DNA of 64,000 nt from an uncultured Candidatus Binatia bacterium (GCA_965213675.1 CBDCAF010000018.1:7840-71839); one strand, 5' to 3'. Shown: positions 9,516 through 19,085, counted from the first letter of the stretch. Notes: generated by a model not told the origin, from the letters alone. Numbers and translations: made by a program.

Positions 9516-10493
9516 ATGCTGGTGATTTCGAAGAAGCAGGTAGAGGAGTTGCTCGACCTTGACGAGTTGATCGGCGCGCTGGAACAGGCGCACGTTCAGT
9601 TCTCGGCGGGCCGGGTGGTGATGCCCGTGCGCTTGGTGGTGCCGTTGCCCGAGATTCAGGGACGCATCACGAGCATGCCGGCGTTCATGAGCGAGGCGAG
9701 GGCGCTGGGGATCAAGATCATCTCCTACTTCCGCGACAACCCGAAACAGGGACTGCCGCCGATCCTGGCCAGCATCTCGCTTTACAGCGCCGAGACCGGC
9801 AACATCGAAGTGTTGATGGATGGCGTTTACATCACCGCCATTCGTACGGCCTGCGCTTCCGCCATGGCCACGAAGGCGCTGGCGCGCGTGGACACGCCGG
9901 TGCTGGGGATCCTCGGCGCCGGCACCCAGGCGCGCACCCACATCCGGGCGCTGAGCCGGGTGCGTTCCATCGAACGGGTCCTCATCTGGAGCCCGTCCCG
10001 CGTCAATGCCATCTACGTGAAGGAAGAATTGCAGGACGAGTTGGGCCTCCCCATCGAGCCGCAGGAATCCGCCGAGGCGGTGGTGCGCGGCGCGGACATC
10101 CTCACCGCGGTGACCGACTCGGCCGAGCCCATCCTGAACGCCGGCTGGCTCAAGCCCGGCGCCCACATCAACGCCGTCGGTTCGCACCGGCCCGGGGCCC
10201 GGGAGATGGGCGGCGACACGGTTCAAATGTCCACGGTGTTCGTGGACTCCGTGGACGCCATCAATACCGAGTGCGGCGACATCCTGCTGGCGATCAAGGA
10301 AGGCGCCATCGCGCCGAATCACGTGCGCGGCGAGATCGGCGAGGTGCTCGCCGGCGCCAAGCCCGGCCGCACGAGTGACGATGAGATCACGATGTACAAA
10401 TCGGTGGGCATCGCGGCCCAGGACGTGGCCGCGGCGAGCCTGGTCCACCGGCGCGCTGTCGAGCGGGGCGTGGGCACCGAGGTGGAGATGTAG
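9516..10493 (+). CDS. Ornithine cyclodeaminase / mu-crystallin family protein
   Basis: Trimmed to MLVISKKQVEELLD. Contains YITAIRTACASAMATKAL and the Rossmann motif LGILGAGTQAR. Confidence 0.85.
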   Translation: MLVISKKQVEELLDLDELIGALEQAHVQFSAGRVVMPVRLVVPLPEIQGRITSMPAFMSEARALGIKIISYFRDNPKQGLPPILASISLYSAETGNIEVLMDGVYITAIRTACASAMATKALARVDTPVLGILGAGTQARTHIRALSRVRSIERVLIWSPSRVNAIYVKEELQDELGLPIEPQESAEAVVRGADILTAVTDSAEPILNAGWLKPGAHINAVGSHRPGAREMGGDTVQMSTVFVDSVDAINTECGDILLAIKEGAIAPNHVRGEIGEVLAGAKPGRTSDDEITMYKSVGIAAQDVAAASLVHRRAVERGVGTEVEM

Positions 10494-10528
10494 GGAGCTG
10501 CGATCGATTGCGCTTTTGGACACGGCGT

Positions 10529-10610
10529 CCTTCAACTTCGCTCCGCTATGCGCAGGACGAACGGGAAGGAATCCCGCAACCGTTCGTCCTGAGCGAAGCG
10601 AAGTCGAAGG
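10529..10610. repeat. Long imperfect hairpin (REP-C type) in the intergenic spacer
   Basis: Inner perfect 12-bp stem caggacgaacgg (10553-10564) / ccgttcgtcctg (10580-10591). Outer arms cttcaacttcgctccgct / agcgaagcgaagtcgaag. Confidence 0.8.
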
Positions 10611-10630
10611 ATGCCCGTTCCGGAACACAC

Positions 10631-11821
10631 ATGATGGACCCCAACGAAGCCAGACAACGCATCGAGGAAGGGCTCGACCTGGACGAGGTCCGGCGCCTGC
10701 TGGTCACGCTGCTACAGACTCCAAGCCCGCAAACCGAGTTGCTGGAGCGGGAGCCGCAGGTGCTCGCGTTGATCCGGGACGTGGTGCGCCCGGAACTCGC
10801 AGCGGAAGGGGTCGACACCACCATCGACGACATGGGCAACCTCATCGCCCGCTTGCCCGGCGCAGGCTCGGCCTCCGGGCTGGTGCTCGTCTCCTACGCC
10901 ATGAACGCCGCTCCCAGCACCATGCCGAATCCGTATTCCGGGGAAATGGTAGACGGCGCGCCCTACGGCCTCGAAGGGCCGTGCGGCTGGGGTCGGGGCG
11001 CGTGCGAGCAGAAGGGCAGTTTGGCGGCCATGCTGAGCGCGGTGAAGCTCATCGCCCGCAGCGGCTGGGAGTTGCCCGGCGATCTCTACTTCGTCACCAG
11101 CACCGCGGGGGAAAGCGGCAAGCACGAGTCCCTCGATTACGTGCTGTCCAGCGGCGCCATCGATGCGCGCTGGGGCCTCATCGACGGACCGCCGGAGATC
11201 CAGTTGGGCAACAAGGGGCGCATTGACGTGCGCATCGTGGTGCGCGGCCGGCAAGCTCACAGCAGCCGCCCGTGGGACGGCATCAACGCCGTGGACGGCG
11301 CCGTCAAGGTGCTTGAGAAGCTCGCGCCGTTGATGCCCCATCCCGAGGACAAGAGCCACCCGGAATTGGGCCGGGTGTCGCTCACCCCCACGGATATCGA
11401 GAGCTTCCCGAAATCGACGCATACCATTCCCGGCGAGTGCCGCATTCGCATGGACCGGCGGCTGCTGCCCGGCGACGACGCCGACCGCGCCGTACAGCAA
11501 GTCGCGGATGCCATCGGCGACATCGAGCCCTACGAGATCTCGCTGGAAAAGGAAGAATTCATGTACCCGTGCGAGGTGAGCAAGGATGCCGGCGTGGTGG
11601 TGGCCTTGGCCGGCGCCATCCGGACCATGTTGGGACGGGAGCCGGAATACAGCTTTTCCACCGCGGCGAACGACACCGGCCTGCTCAATGTCCGCGGCAT
11701 CGAGACCGTGAATTATGGCTCCCGCGCCGTCCGCTTCCAGCACACGGACAACGACCTGGTTCCGCTCAAGAGCGTCATCGAGGCCGCCAAGGTATTCCTG
11801 TTCATGGCGCTGCAGCGTTGA
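10631..11821 (+). CDS. M20-family metallopeptidase / deacylase (ArgE/DapE-like)
   Basis: Trimmed to MMDPNEARQRIEE. Contains DDMGNLIARLPG, GRGACEQKGSLAAMLSAV, SHPELGRVSLTPT. Confidence 0.75.
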   Translation: MMDPNEARQRIEEGLDLDEVRRLLVTLLQTPSPQTELLEREPQVLALIRDVVRPELAAEGVDTTIDDMGNLIARLPGAGSASGLVLVSYAMNAAPSTMPNPYSGEMVDGAPYGLEGPCGWGRGACEQKGSLAAMLSAVKLIARSGWELPGDLYFVTSTAGESGKHESLDYVLSSGAIDARWGLIDGPPEIQLGNKGRIDVRIVVRGRQAHSSRPWDGINAVDGAVKVLEKLAPLMPHPEDKSHPELGRVSLTPTDIESFPKSTHTIPGECRIRMDRRLLPGDDADRAVQQVADAIGDIEPYEISLEKEEFMYPCEVSKDAGVVVALAGAIRTMLGREPEYSFSTAANDTGLLNVRGIETVNYGSRAVRFQHTDNDLVPLKSVIEAAKVFLFMALQR

Positions 11822-11838
11822 CGTCAATGCTCGGAACC

Positions 11839-11945
11839 GTCATTCCCGCGAGACAGGCTGTGTCGAAACACCATCCGAGAGAAGCAACGGCCCCCCGAAT
11901 CGTCATTCCCGCGAAGGCGGGAAACCAAGTGCGGCGGGGAATGGC
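11839..11945. repeat. REP-B palindromic repeat cluster (GTCATTCCCGCGAAGGCGGGAA type)
   Basis: gtcattcccgcga at 11839, gtcattcccgcgaaggcgggaaacc at 11902, inverse gcggggaatggc at 11934. Confidence 0.75.
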
Positions 11946-12017
11946 GCAAGGGCAGTGCCGGGCGGAATGCATGCAAGGTATTGAAACGGTTTCAGGCAAT
12001 CTCCAGGAGGCGCCATC

Positions 12018-12896
12018 ATGCCAATGACCGAGGCCAGGTTCATCGACGTGGACGGGGTGCGCACACGCTACTTCGAACAGGGCACGGGTGAGCCGTTGGT
12101 GCTGTGGCACGGCAGTCACTTCGGCACCACCGATGCCTGCGACAGTGCGCTGGACTGGGAACTCAACTTCGACGCCTTGGCCGAGTCGTTTCGGGTGATC
12201 GCTGTCGACAAGCTCGGCCAGGGACACACCGGCAACCCCAAGACCGACGATGGCTATACCCCCGCGGCGGTAGTCGAGCACGCCCACGGGTTCCTCAAGG
12301 CCATGGACCTCCAGGACGTTCACCTCTGCGGCCATTCCCGTGGCGGATACCTGGTGGCGCGGCTCACGCTGCTGCACCCCGGGATCGTCAAGTCCTGCAT
12401 CATCGTGGACAGCGGCACCCTGTCGCCGGGTCCGTCGCTCACCGAACTGGTGATGGCCGGGCGCCCCAAACCCTACCTCAGCCGCGAGAGCCAGCGCTGG
12501 GTGGTGGAACACTATTCCCACGGCACGTCGCACATCACCGGCGGTTGGATCGACGCCGCCGTGGAGATCGCCAGCCTGCCCAAGTACCAGGACTCCGTCC
12601 GCAAGATGAGCGGCGAGGGCCTGAAGGACAAGCTCTTCATGCCGAATCTGGTCCTCGACAAGGAGGAGTGCCTCGCGTGGATGATGGAGGGGCGGCTCAC
12701 GACCCCGACCCTGGTGGTGTGGGGCTACAACGACCCCACGGCCCGGTATCAGCGGGGTCTGACGCTCTTCGATTACGTCGCCAACAGCACCGAGAACGCG
12801 CAACTCCACGTCATCAACAAGGCCGGACACTTCTGTTACCGGGAACAGCCCGAGCAGTTCAACCAGGCCGTGACGGGGTTCATCAAGAGCCTTTGA
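12018..12896 (+). CDS. Alpha/beta-fold hydrolase (meta-cleavage-product hydrolase-like)
   Basis: Contains LVLWHGS and the nucleophile elbow GHSRGG. C-terminal INKAGHFCYREQPEQF. Confidence 0.8.
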   Translation: MPMTEARFIDVDGVRTRYFEQGTGEPLVLWHGSHFGTTDACDSALDWELNFDALAESFRVIAVDKLGQGHTGNPKTDDGYTPAAVVEHAHGFLKAMDLQDVHLCGHSRGGYLVARLTLLHPGIVKSCIIVDSGTLSPGPSLTELVMAGRPKPYLSRESQRWVVEHYSHGTSHITGGWIDAAVEIASLPKYQDSVRKMSGEGLKDKLFMPNLVLDKEECLAWMMEGRLTTPTLVVWGYNDPTARYQRGLTLFDYVANSTENAQLHVINKAGHFCYREQPEQFNQAVTGFIKSL

Positions 12897-13056
12897 GCAC
12901 GGGTGGGCGTAGCGCACCGAGGAAATGGGGCACGACCGTGTGCGCTTCTGCAGGGCACGACCTGCTCGCCTTGGGCCGCAGGTTGTCGGCGGTAGGGTTG
13001 GAAGTGGCGTTACCCGCCACCGCCAGAAACCGGATCACGATGCCGGACGGCCTGTT

Positions 13057-13764
13057 TCAGAGCTGCAAGGGCACGGCCTTGCCGAGAGCAATGGCACGCT
13101 CGGTGACCTTGGCCAGGTAGGCGAGCACCTCGACGCCGGTCCTCACGGATTGGCGCAGCACGCGGCCGTACTCGGGATCGATTTCGTCCGCGGGGCGGAT
13201 TGCGCTACAGTCTCCGCGCTGAATCACGAACAACAGCACGGCGCGGTGGCCGTCCTGTCGCAGTCGCATGAGTTCTTGAAGGTGTTTGGCGCCACGCAGG
13301 CTCACGGCATCCGGAAACGCGGCGACCCGATCCACCGCGAGGGTGACATTCTTCACCTCGACGAAACACCTTTCGCTCGGCCGTTGCGGATGCCCTTCGA
13401 GCAGAAAGTCGAGGCGCGTGCCGGGTCGCGTGGCGAACTCGGGACGAAGCTTCTCATACCCCCGCAACTCATCGATTCGTCCTGTCTCAATGCCTTCCCG
13501 CGCCAGCCGGTTGGCCGCCAGCGTGTTGATCCCCACCAGCGTCCGGCCCACCCGGATGATCTCCCAGGTGTAGTTCAGTTTCCGGCCCCGGCCGCTCTGA
13601 TCCGACAGGTAGACCCTGCTGCCCGGCGCGTTGCAGCCCATCATGCTGCCCGTGTTCGTGCAGTGCGCCGTCACCACCGTGCCGTCCTCAAGACGAACAT
13701 CAGCGAGGAACCGCTTGTAGCGCTCGACGAGGACGCCGGAGATCAAGGGAGAAGGAAAACGCAT
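13057..13764 (-). CDS. sfsA: Sugar fermentation stimulation protein A homologue (SfsA nuclease-like)
   Basis: Trimmed to MRFPSPLISGVLVERYKRFLADV. Contains HCTNTGSM and CFVEVKNVTL. Confidence 0.85.
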   Translation of the reverse strand: MRFPSPLISGVLVERYKRFLADVRLEDGTVVTAHCTNTGSMMGCNAPGSRVYLSDQSGRGRKLNYTWEIIRVGRTLVGINTLAANRLAREGIETGRIDELRGYEKLRPEFATRPGTRLDFLLEGHPQRPSERCFVEVKNVTLAVDRVAAFPDAVSLRGAKHLQELMRLRQDGHRAVLLFVIQRGDCSAIRPADEIDPEYGRVLRQSVRTGVEVLAYLAKVTERAIALGKAVPLQL

Positions 13765-13961
13765 GGCCGGAAAATTGAACCTCACCCCGGACTTGATCCA
13801 GGGTTGCATGGATTCGTTGCCAATCGGGCCACTATGTTTGACAGGGTATGGACTCTCCCAAAATTGAGCCGACTCCAGCAGTTCGTCTTGGCAGGGTCGA
13901 GAAAACGGATTTGCATCGCCTCATCAAGCCTGACGGACTCCAGTTTCTGCCCGTGGAGCGT

Positions 13962-14831
13962 TCAGTGAGTGCCGTCGAGGCACTGCTTGGCGGCGCGGCG
14001 CAGCAGTACGCTGATGAGGTGGCGCTTGTACTCGGCGCTGCCTTCGCGGTCGTCGGTCAGGGCGGCTTCGTCGGCGAGGGCTTCGGCGGCTGCGAGTAGC
14101 CGCTGTTCTGTCGACTCGGTGGCGCCGGCGATGAGGTCATCGGCGGCGGTGGAGCGGCAGGGGGTGGGGCTGACGCAGCCGACGGCGCAGCGGGCGGCGC
14201 GAATTTCGCGGCCGTCGTCGTTCAGGTCGAGCACCAGGGCCAAGCCCAGGAGCGGGCGCTCGTGGACCTGGAACTTGAGGTAGGCGGCGCGCTGTGTGGG
14301 AGCGGGCAGCGGCACGTCCACGCCGGTCAGGACCTCGTCCTGGGCCAGGGAGTTTTCGTAGGCGCCGGACAGAAGCTCGTTCATCGCGACGGTGCGTTCC
14401 CCGCCCTTGCCTTGTGCCCGCACGGTGGCATTCAGGGCCAGCAGCAGGGTTGCGGGATCGGAGTGGGGTTCGGCGAAAGCGAGGTTGCCGCCCAGGGTGC
14501 CGCTGGCGCGCACACGCACGTTGGCGACGTTGGCGGCCATCCCGGCCATCACGGGCAGCGATTCCTGGATCACGGTGGAGCGCTCGATGGTCCGGTGGGT
14601 GGCGCCGGCGCCGATGTGGATATGTCCGTCCCGGCGCTCGATGCGGTCCAGGCCGGTCACGGCCTTGATGTCGATCAGGTGCTCATAGCGCAGCAGGTCG
14701 TGGCGCATGGCCAGCAGCAGTTCGGTGCCGCCGGCGTACAGGGCGCCGGCGTCGCCGTAGTGGTCGAGCATGGCCGCGGCCTCGTCGAGGTCGGCGGGCC
14801 GGTGGATGTTGAAACGTCTGAGCGGCATCAT
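13962..14831 (-). CDS. Xanthine dehydrogenase/CO dehydrogenase-family FAD-binding (medium) subunit
   Basis: Contains YAGGTELLLAMRHDL, IGAGATHRTIE, ASGTLGGNLAFAEPHSD. Confidence 0.85.
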   Translation of the reverse strand: MMPLRRFNIHRPADLDEAAAMLDHYGDAGALYAGGTELLLAMRHDLLRYEHLIDIKAVTGLDRIERRDGHIHIGAGATHRTIERSTVIQESLPVMAGMAANVANVRVRASGTLGGNLAFAEPHSDPATLLLALNATVRAQGKGGERTVAMNELLSGAYENSLAQDEVLTGVDVPLPAPTQRAAYLKFQVHERPLLGLALVLDLNDDGREIRAARCAVGCVSPTPCRSTAADDLIAGATESTEQRLLAAAEALADEAALTDDREGSAEYKRHLISVLLRRAAKQCLDGTH

Positions 14832-14943
14832 GACGGGTACTCTCCACGGGTCGCGTGACGGAGACCATCCCGTGTCGGGTGTCCAGGGACGGGCGGCACG
14901 AAACTGCGTTGACCGCGCGCGGTTCGTTCAGGCGCGGCCGGCA

Positions 14944-17244
14944 TCATTTCTGGTTGTCTCCACGGCTGGCGCGCGTTTCGCGGATCGCGCGCCAGACCTT
15001 CTCCGGCGTGAGCGGCGCCCGGCGTATGCGCGCGCCGGTGGCGTTGTAAACGGCGTTGGCGATGTTGGCAGGCAGCGAGTTGAGCGACGCTTCACCACCG
15101 CCCTTGGCGCCGTAGGGTCCCACCCCGTCGCGGTTCTGCACCAGTTCCAGCTTCACGGTTCGCGGCATGTCGGAGAACCGCGGCAGGCGGTACTCCAGCA
15201 GGTTGCCGTTGAGGAGCTGGTTGCGGTCGAACTCGAGCTCCTCGAACATGCCGATGCCCATGCCGGTGGTGGCGGCGCCGATGTCCTGGCCCTCGGCCAG
15301 GGCCGGGTTGATGGCCAGGCCCACGTCGCCGCAAGTGCCGAGCTTCTCCATGGTCACCTTGCCGGTCTCCTCGTCCACGGACACCTCGATGCCCGTGGAG
15401 GCGGCTTCCCAGAAAACCGGCAACTGCGCGAAATCCTTGTCCTTGCGGATGTAGGCGCGGCCGATGACCTCCCCGTCGGGCAGGCGGTAGTAGCGCGTGA
15501 GCACCTCGGACCAGGTGAGGCGCGCCTCGCCGCAGGTGACGCCGCCGCGAACGGTCTGGATTTCCGATTCCTGGACGCCCAGCACATCAGCGGCCATGCG
15601 CACCATCTGCTCGATGGCCTCCCGGCTGGCCTCCTGCACCGCCCGGCCCATGAGGGTGGTGGTGCGGCTGGCTCCGGTGGAACGGTCGTAGGGAGTGATG
15701 GCGGTATCGGAGGACACCACCCGCACCAGGTCGAAGGGAATGCCCAATTCCTCAGCGGCAATCTGCGGCAACACCGTGTGGCTTCCCTGGCCAAGCTCCG
15801 TGCTGCCGATCATCAGCGAAGCCGAGCCGTCGGCGTGCACACGCACGGCCGTGGATGTGAGGGGGTAGGCGCCGGCGTCGCTGGCAGAGCAGCCGATGCT
15901 GCGCCCGTGGCCGCTCGGCAGCGGTTCCTTCCAGCCGATGTTGTCGGCGACGATCTTGAGGTCCTCGGTCAGGGTGCCGTCGAAGGGGCGCATGCCGGGA
16001 AAGAACTCCTGCTTGGGCCGCGCCGCGTTGTGCATGCGGAACTCGTAGGGGTCCATGCCGATCTTGGCCGCGAGTTCGTCGATCTGGGACTCGCCGGCCA
16101 TGGTCACCTGGGCGCAGCCGAAGCCCCGGAAGGAGCTGGCCGGCACCGTGTTGGTGTAGACCATGTGGTTGTCGATCTGGACGTTGGGGATGGCGTAGGG
16201 TCCGACGCAGCGGTTGGACGACTTTTCGCACACCAGAGGGCTGTTCTCAGCGTAGGCGCCGGTGTTCATGTAGATCTTGGCTTGGCGCGCGATGATCTTG
16301 CCGTCGGCGTCCACCGCGGTGCGCATCCAGGTGAGGGCGTCGTCGCCCCGGGTGGTGAGCATGGCCTCTTCCACGCTGAGCTGGAGCTTCACCGGGCGGC
16401 GCGCTTTCCATGCGCACGCCGAAACCAGCGGCTCGATCTTCGTATAGGATTTGCTGCCGTAGCCGCCGCCCACGAACGGCACGATCAGGCGGATCTGGCT
16501 CACCGGCATGTCGAAGATGGTCTTCAGATCGTGGCGCACCATGAAGGGGTGCTGCGCCGAGGAGTATATGGTGACGCTGTCGTCGCCCACCTCGGCGATG
16601 GCCACGTAGGGCTCCATGGCGTAGGCATAGGCCATGGGAAAGTAGTACTCGCCCTCCGCCACGGCCGCGGCCGTGGCGAACGCCTCGTCCACGTCCCCCC
16701 ACTTGATGTGGTGTTCCTGGCACAGGTTGCTGCCCCGGCCCGCGGTGACCTCTCCTTCGAACCCGCGCAGCGCCCCGGCTTCGAACTGGCGCTGGTGGAG
16801 CAGCGGCGCATCCGGCGCCAGCGATTCCTGGGGCTCCATCACTGCCGGCAACTCCTCGTACTCGACGTGGATCAATTCCAGCGCCTCGTAGGCGGTGAGT
16901 TCGTCTTCGGCGATGACCGCGGCTACGGGTTCGCCCGCGTAGCGCACCTTGTCGATGGCCACCAGGGGGTGGTCCTTGACGGCGTGTCCGAAATAGGGAT
17001 TCAGCCCCTCCAAATCGTCGCCCCGCAGCACGTTGTACACGCCGGGATGGGCCTCGGCCCGGGATGTGTCCATGGAGACGATGGTCGCGTGGGCGTAGGG
17101 GCTCCGCAGCACCTTGGCGTAGGCCATGCCCGCGAGTTTGACGTCGCTCACGTAGAGCGCCCGGCCCGATACCTTGGCGCGGCCGTCCCGGCGCGGCACC
17201 GAGTGGTTGACCACTTTGAAGTCGCGGCTATTGTCCTCACTCAT
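14944..17244 (-). CDS. Xanthine dehydrogenase-family molybdopterin-binding (large) subunit, substrate unknown
   Basis: Trimmed to MSEDNSRDFKVVNHSVPRRDGRAKVSG. Contains GGGYGSKS, SSFRGFGCAQ, ELGQGSHT. No AYxCSFR CODH signature. Confidence 0.85.
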   Translation of the reverse strand: MSEDNSRDFKVVNHSVPRRDGRAKVSGRALYVSDVKLAGMAYAKVLRSPYAHATIVSMDTSRAEAHPGVYNVLRGDDLEGLNPYFGHAVKDHPLVAIDKVRYAGEPVAAVIAEDELTAYEALELIHVEYEELPAVMEPQESLAPDAPLLHQRQFEAGALRGFEGEVTAGRGSNLCQEHHIKWGDVDEAFATAAAVAEGEYYFPMAYAYAMEPYVAIAEVGDDSVTIYSSAQHPFMVRHDLKTIFDMPVSQIRLIVPFVGGGYGSKSYTKIEPLVSACAWKARRPVKLQLSVEEAMLTTRGDDALTWMRTAVDADGKIIARQAKIYMNTGAYAENSPLVCEKSSNRCVGPYAIPNVQIDNHMVYTNTVPASSFRGFGCAQVTMAGESQIDELAAKIGMDPYEFRMHNAARPKQEFFPGMRPFDGTLTEDLKIVADNIGWKEPLPSGHGRSIGCSASDAGAYPLTSTAVRVHADGSASLMIGSTELGQGSHTVLPQIAAEELGIPFDLVRVVSSDTAITPYDRSTGASRTTTLMGRAVQEASREAIEQMVRMAADVLGVQESEIQTVRGGVTCGEARLTWSEVLTRYYRLPDGEVIGRAYIRKDKDFAQLPVFWEAASTGIEVSVDEETGKVTMEKLGTCGDVGLAINPALAEGQDIGAATTGMGIGMFEELEFDRNQLLNGNLLEYRLPRFSDMPRTVKLELVQNRDGVGPYGAKGGGEASLNSLPANIANAVYNATGARIRRAPLTPEKVWRAIRETRASRGDNQK

Positions 17245-17741
17245 CCGCGCGCCTCCTTCATCACCGCCGCCGCCTTGCGGATGGCCTTCACGATGGGCAC
17301 GTATCCGGTGCAGCGGCAGAGGTTGCCGTCCATGTGGTGAATGATCTCGTCGTCGGTGGGATCGGGGTTGTCGTCCAGCAGCGCCTTGGCGGACAGGATC
17401 ATGCCCGGCGTGCAAAAGCCGCATTGGAACGCGAACTCGTCGATGAAGCACTGCTGGATGGGATGCAGCGTGCGGTCACGGTCCTCGAGCCCCTCGATGG
17501 TGGTGACGGCACGCCCTTGGGCCTCGTAAGCCAGGTAGGTGCAGGAGCTCACCGGCAGGCCGTCCACCAGCACCGTGCAGGCGCCGCACACCTGCACCTC
17601 GCACGAGATCTTGGCGCCGGTGAGATTCAGGCGGTTCCGCAACACCTCCGAAAGGGTCTGCTGCGGCTCGCACTCCACGGCCACGTCCTTGCCGTTGAGT
17701 TCGAACCGCAACTCCACCAGGGCGGATCTGTTCCTAGACAT
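17241..17741 (-). CDS. [2Fe-2S]-binding (small) subunit of the XDH/CODH-family enzyme
   Basis: Contains CEVQVCGACTV and FQCGFCTPGM...CRCTGY. 4-nt overlap with the large subunit start. Confidence 0.9.
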   Translation of the reverse strand: MSRNRSALVELRFELNGKDVAVECEPQQTLSEVLRNRLNLTGAKISCEVQVCGACTVLVDGLPVSSCTYLAYEAQGRAVTTIEGLEDRDRTLHPIQQCFIDEFAFQCGFCTPGMILSAKALLDDNPDPTDDEIIHHMDGNLCRCTGYVPIVKAIRKAAAVMKEARG

Positions 17742-18756
17742 AATGCGGGATGATCTCCTCGGACCAGAGCAGCATTTCCTTGTACATGGTATCCATGTCC
17801 GGATAGATGAGCTTCAACTCGAAGTGCTGCACACCGGCCTCGATGAACTCGTCGATACGCCGGCGCACATCGTCCACCGAACCGATGATGTGCCGGTCCA
17901 GGGCGAACTGAATGTTGTCCACATCGCGCTCGTAGGTGTGGGAGCTTTCGCGGATGGTGGGCAGGGCCAAGGTCATGGCCTCGTCCCGGGTGCGCGCGAT
18001 GCAGGCCAGTTTCTCCACCGCGATCTTGATCCCCGCAGGGTCCCGGCCGGCGTCCTCGGCCGCCTTGTTGAGAATGTCGCAGCCTCGCGCCATCTCTTTG
18101 GGCGACAACCATCCAGGGATCCAGCCCTCACCGTAGCGCCCGGCCCGCACCGCGGCCTGATCCATCCAGCCGCCCACCCACACCGGCGGAAACGGCTTCT
18201 GGAGCGGCTTGGGATGGATCTCGGCGTTCTCGAACTTGAGGTACTTGCCCTCGTACGAGGCCATGGGTTGGGTCCAGATGGCCTTCATGGCTTCGATGTA
18301 CTCGTCGGTGCGGTTGCCCCGCCCCTTGATGGGCACCTCGAACACATCGAACTCGCTGGAGTCGCGGGTGGCCTTGGAACCCAAGCCGACGCCCACCAGG
18401 AGCCTCCCGTCGCACAGGTGGTCCAGGGTGGCGCACTGCTTGGCCGCGTAGATGGGGTTGCGCAGGGGCATTACCAGACAGGCCACGCCGATCTGGATGT
18501 TCTTCGTCTTGGCCGCCAAGTAGGACATGGTGGTCATGCATTCGAAGAAGTTGGCCTCCTGGGCGTCCGTGAGGGCCTCTGCGGCCCCGGACGAGATGTG
18601 GTGCCGGTGCATCTCCGAGCTCCACACCACGTGGTCGTGGAGCCAGATGGTGTCGAAGCCCAACTCCTCCGAGTTCTGCGCGGCCTTGACGATGTTCTCC
18701 TTGCTGGAGAGCGGCCCCGAGTTGGGCACCCGGATGCCGAATTCGAATTTACCCAT
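17734..18756 (-). CDS. LLM-class (luciferase-like) flavin-dependent oxidoreductase
   Basis: Contains FGIRVPNSGP, GFDTIWLHDHV, GRLLVGVGLG. Overlaps the start of the 2Fe-2S subunit gene by 8 nt. Confidence 0.8.
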   Translation of the reverse strand: MGKFEFGIRVPNSGPLSSKENIVKAAQNSEELGFDTIWLHDHVVWSSEMHRHHISSGAAEALTDAQEANFFECMTTMSYLAAKTKNIQIGVACLVMPLRNPIYAAKQCATLDHLCDGRLLVGVGLGSKATRDSSEFDVFEVPIKGRGNRTDEYIEAMKAIWTQPMASYEGKYLKFENAEIHPKPLQKPFPPVWVGGWMDQAAVRAGRYGEGWIPGWLSPKEMARGCDILNKAAEDAGRDPAGIKIAVEKLACIARTRDEAMTLALPTIRESSHTYERDVDNIQFALDRHIIGSVDDVRRRIDEFIEAGVQHFELKLIYPDMDTMYKEMLLWSEEIIPHYV

Positions 18757-18796
18757 GGTTAGCTCCTCAAACCAACGTGACCGTGATGCTGTTCCC

Positions 18797-18960
18797 TAGT
18801 GTCGCGTCCCGCAAATACCTGCGATAATTTGCTGGTCTTTTGTTGCCGTCGGCTGCGTTGCTCTTCCTCGCGTGGTGTCCGCCACTGCTCGTCATCGCGC
18901 CTTGCCGACAGCAAAAAATCCTGCGCAACTTATCGCAGGTATTTGCGGGACGCGACACTG
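18797..18960. repeat. MITE-like element bounded by a perfect 30-bp terminal inverted repeat (REP-A family)
   Basis: agtgtcgcgtcccgcaaatacctgcgataa at 18798-18827, and its exact reverse complement at 18930-18959. The arms continue imperfectly inward. Confidence 0.85.
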
Positions 18961-18967
18961 GCCGCCT

Positions 18968-19062
18968 CCGTCATTCACGCTCAAGCGGGTGTGATTCCCT
19001 GCCCCACCCCGCCTGGATTCCCGCCCCCGATCGGGGTCGAGGGCAAGCTTTCGCGGGAATGG
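18968..19062. repeat. REP-B-like repeat adjoining the MITE-like element
   Basis: ccgtcattcacgc, ggattcccgcc and tttcgcgggaatgg read directly. Confidence 0.6.
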
Positions 19063-19085
19063 AACACTCTTCCATGCCCGCGACG

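Noticed and set aside
14944-17244. Aerobic carbon monoxide dehydrogenase (CoxL)
   Set aside because: The active-site loop signatures AYxCSFR and AYRGAGR are absent, so it was called only as an XDH-family molybdoenzyme.
14770-17340. 856-aa plus-strand ORF. Similar very long antisense ORFs occur at 40768..43668, 55642..57522, 60063..62663, 18840..21254 and 24686..26314
   Set aside because: They lie antisense to genes with clear catalytic motifs, are rich in R/G/A/P/H/V, and carry no recognisable motifs. This is the typical stop-codon-poor antisense frame of GC-rich DNA.
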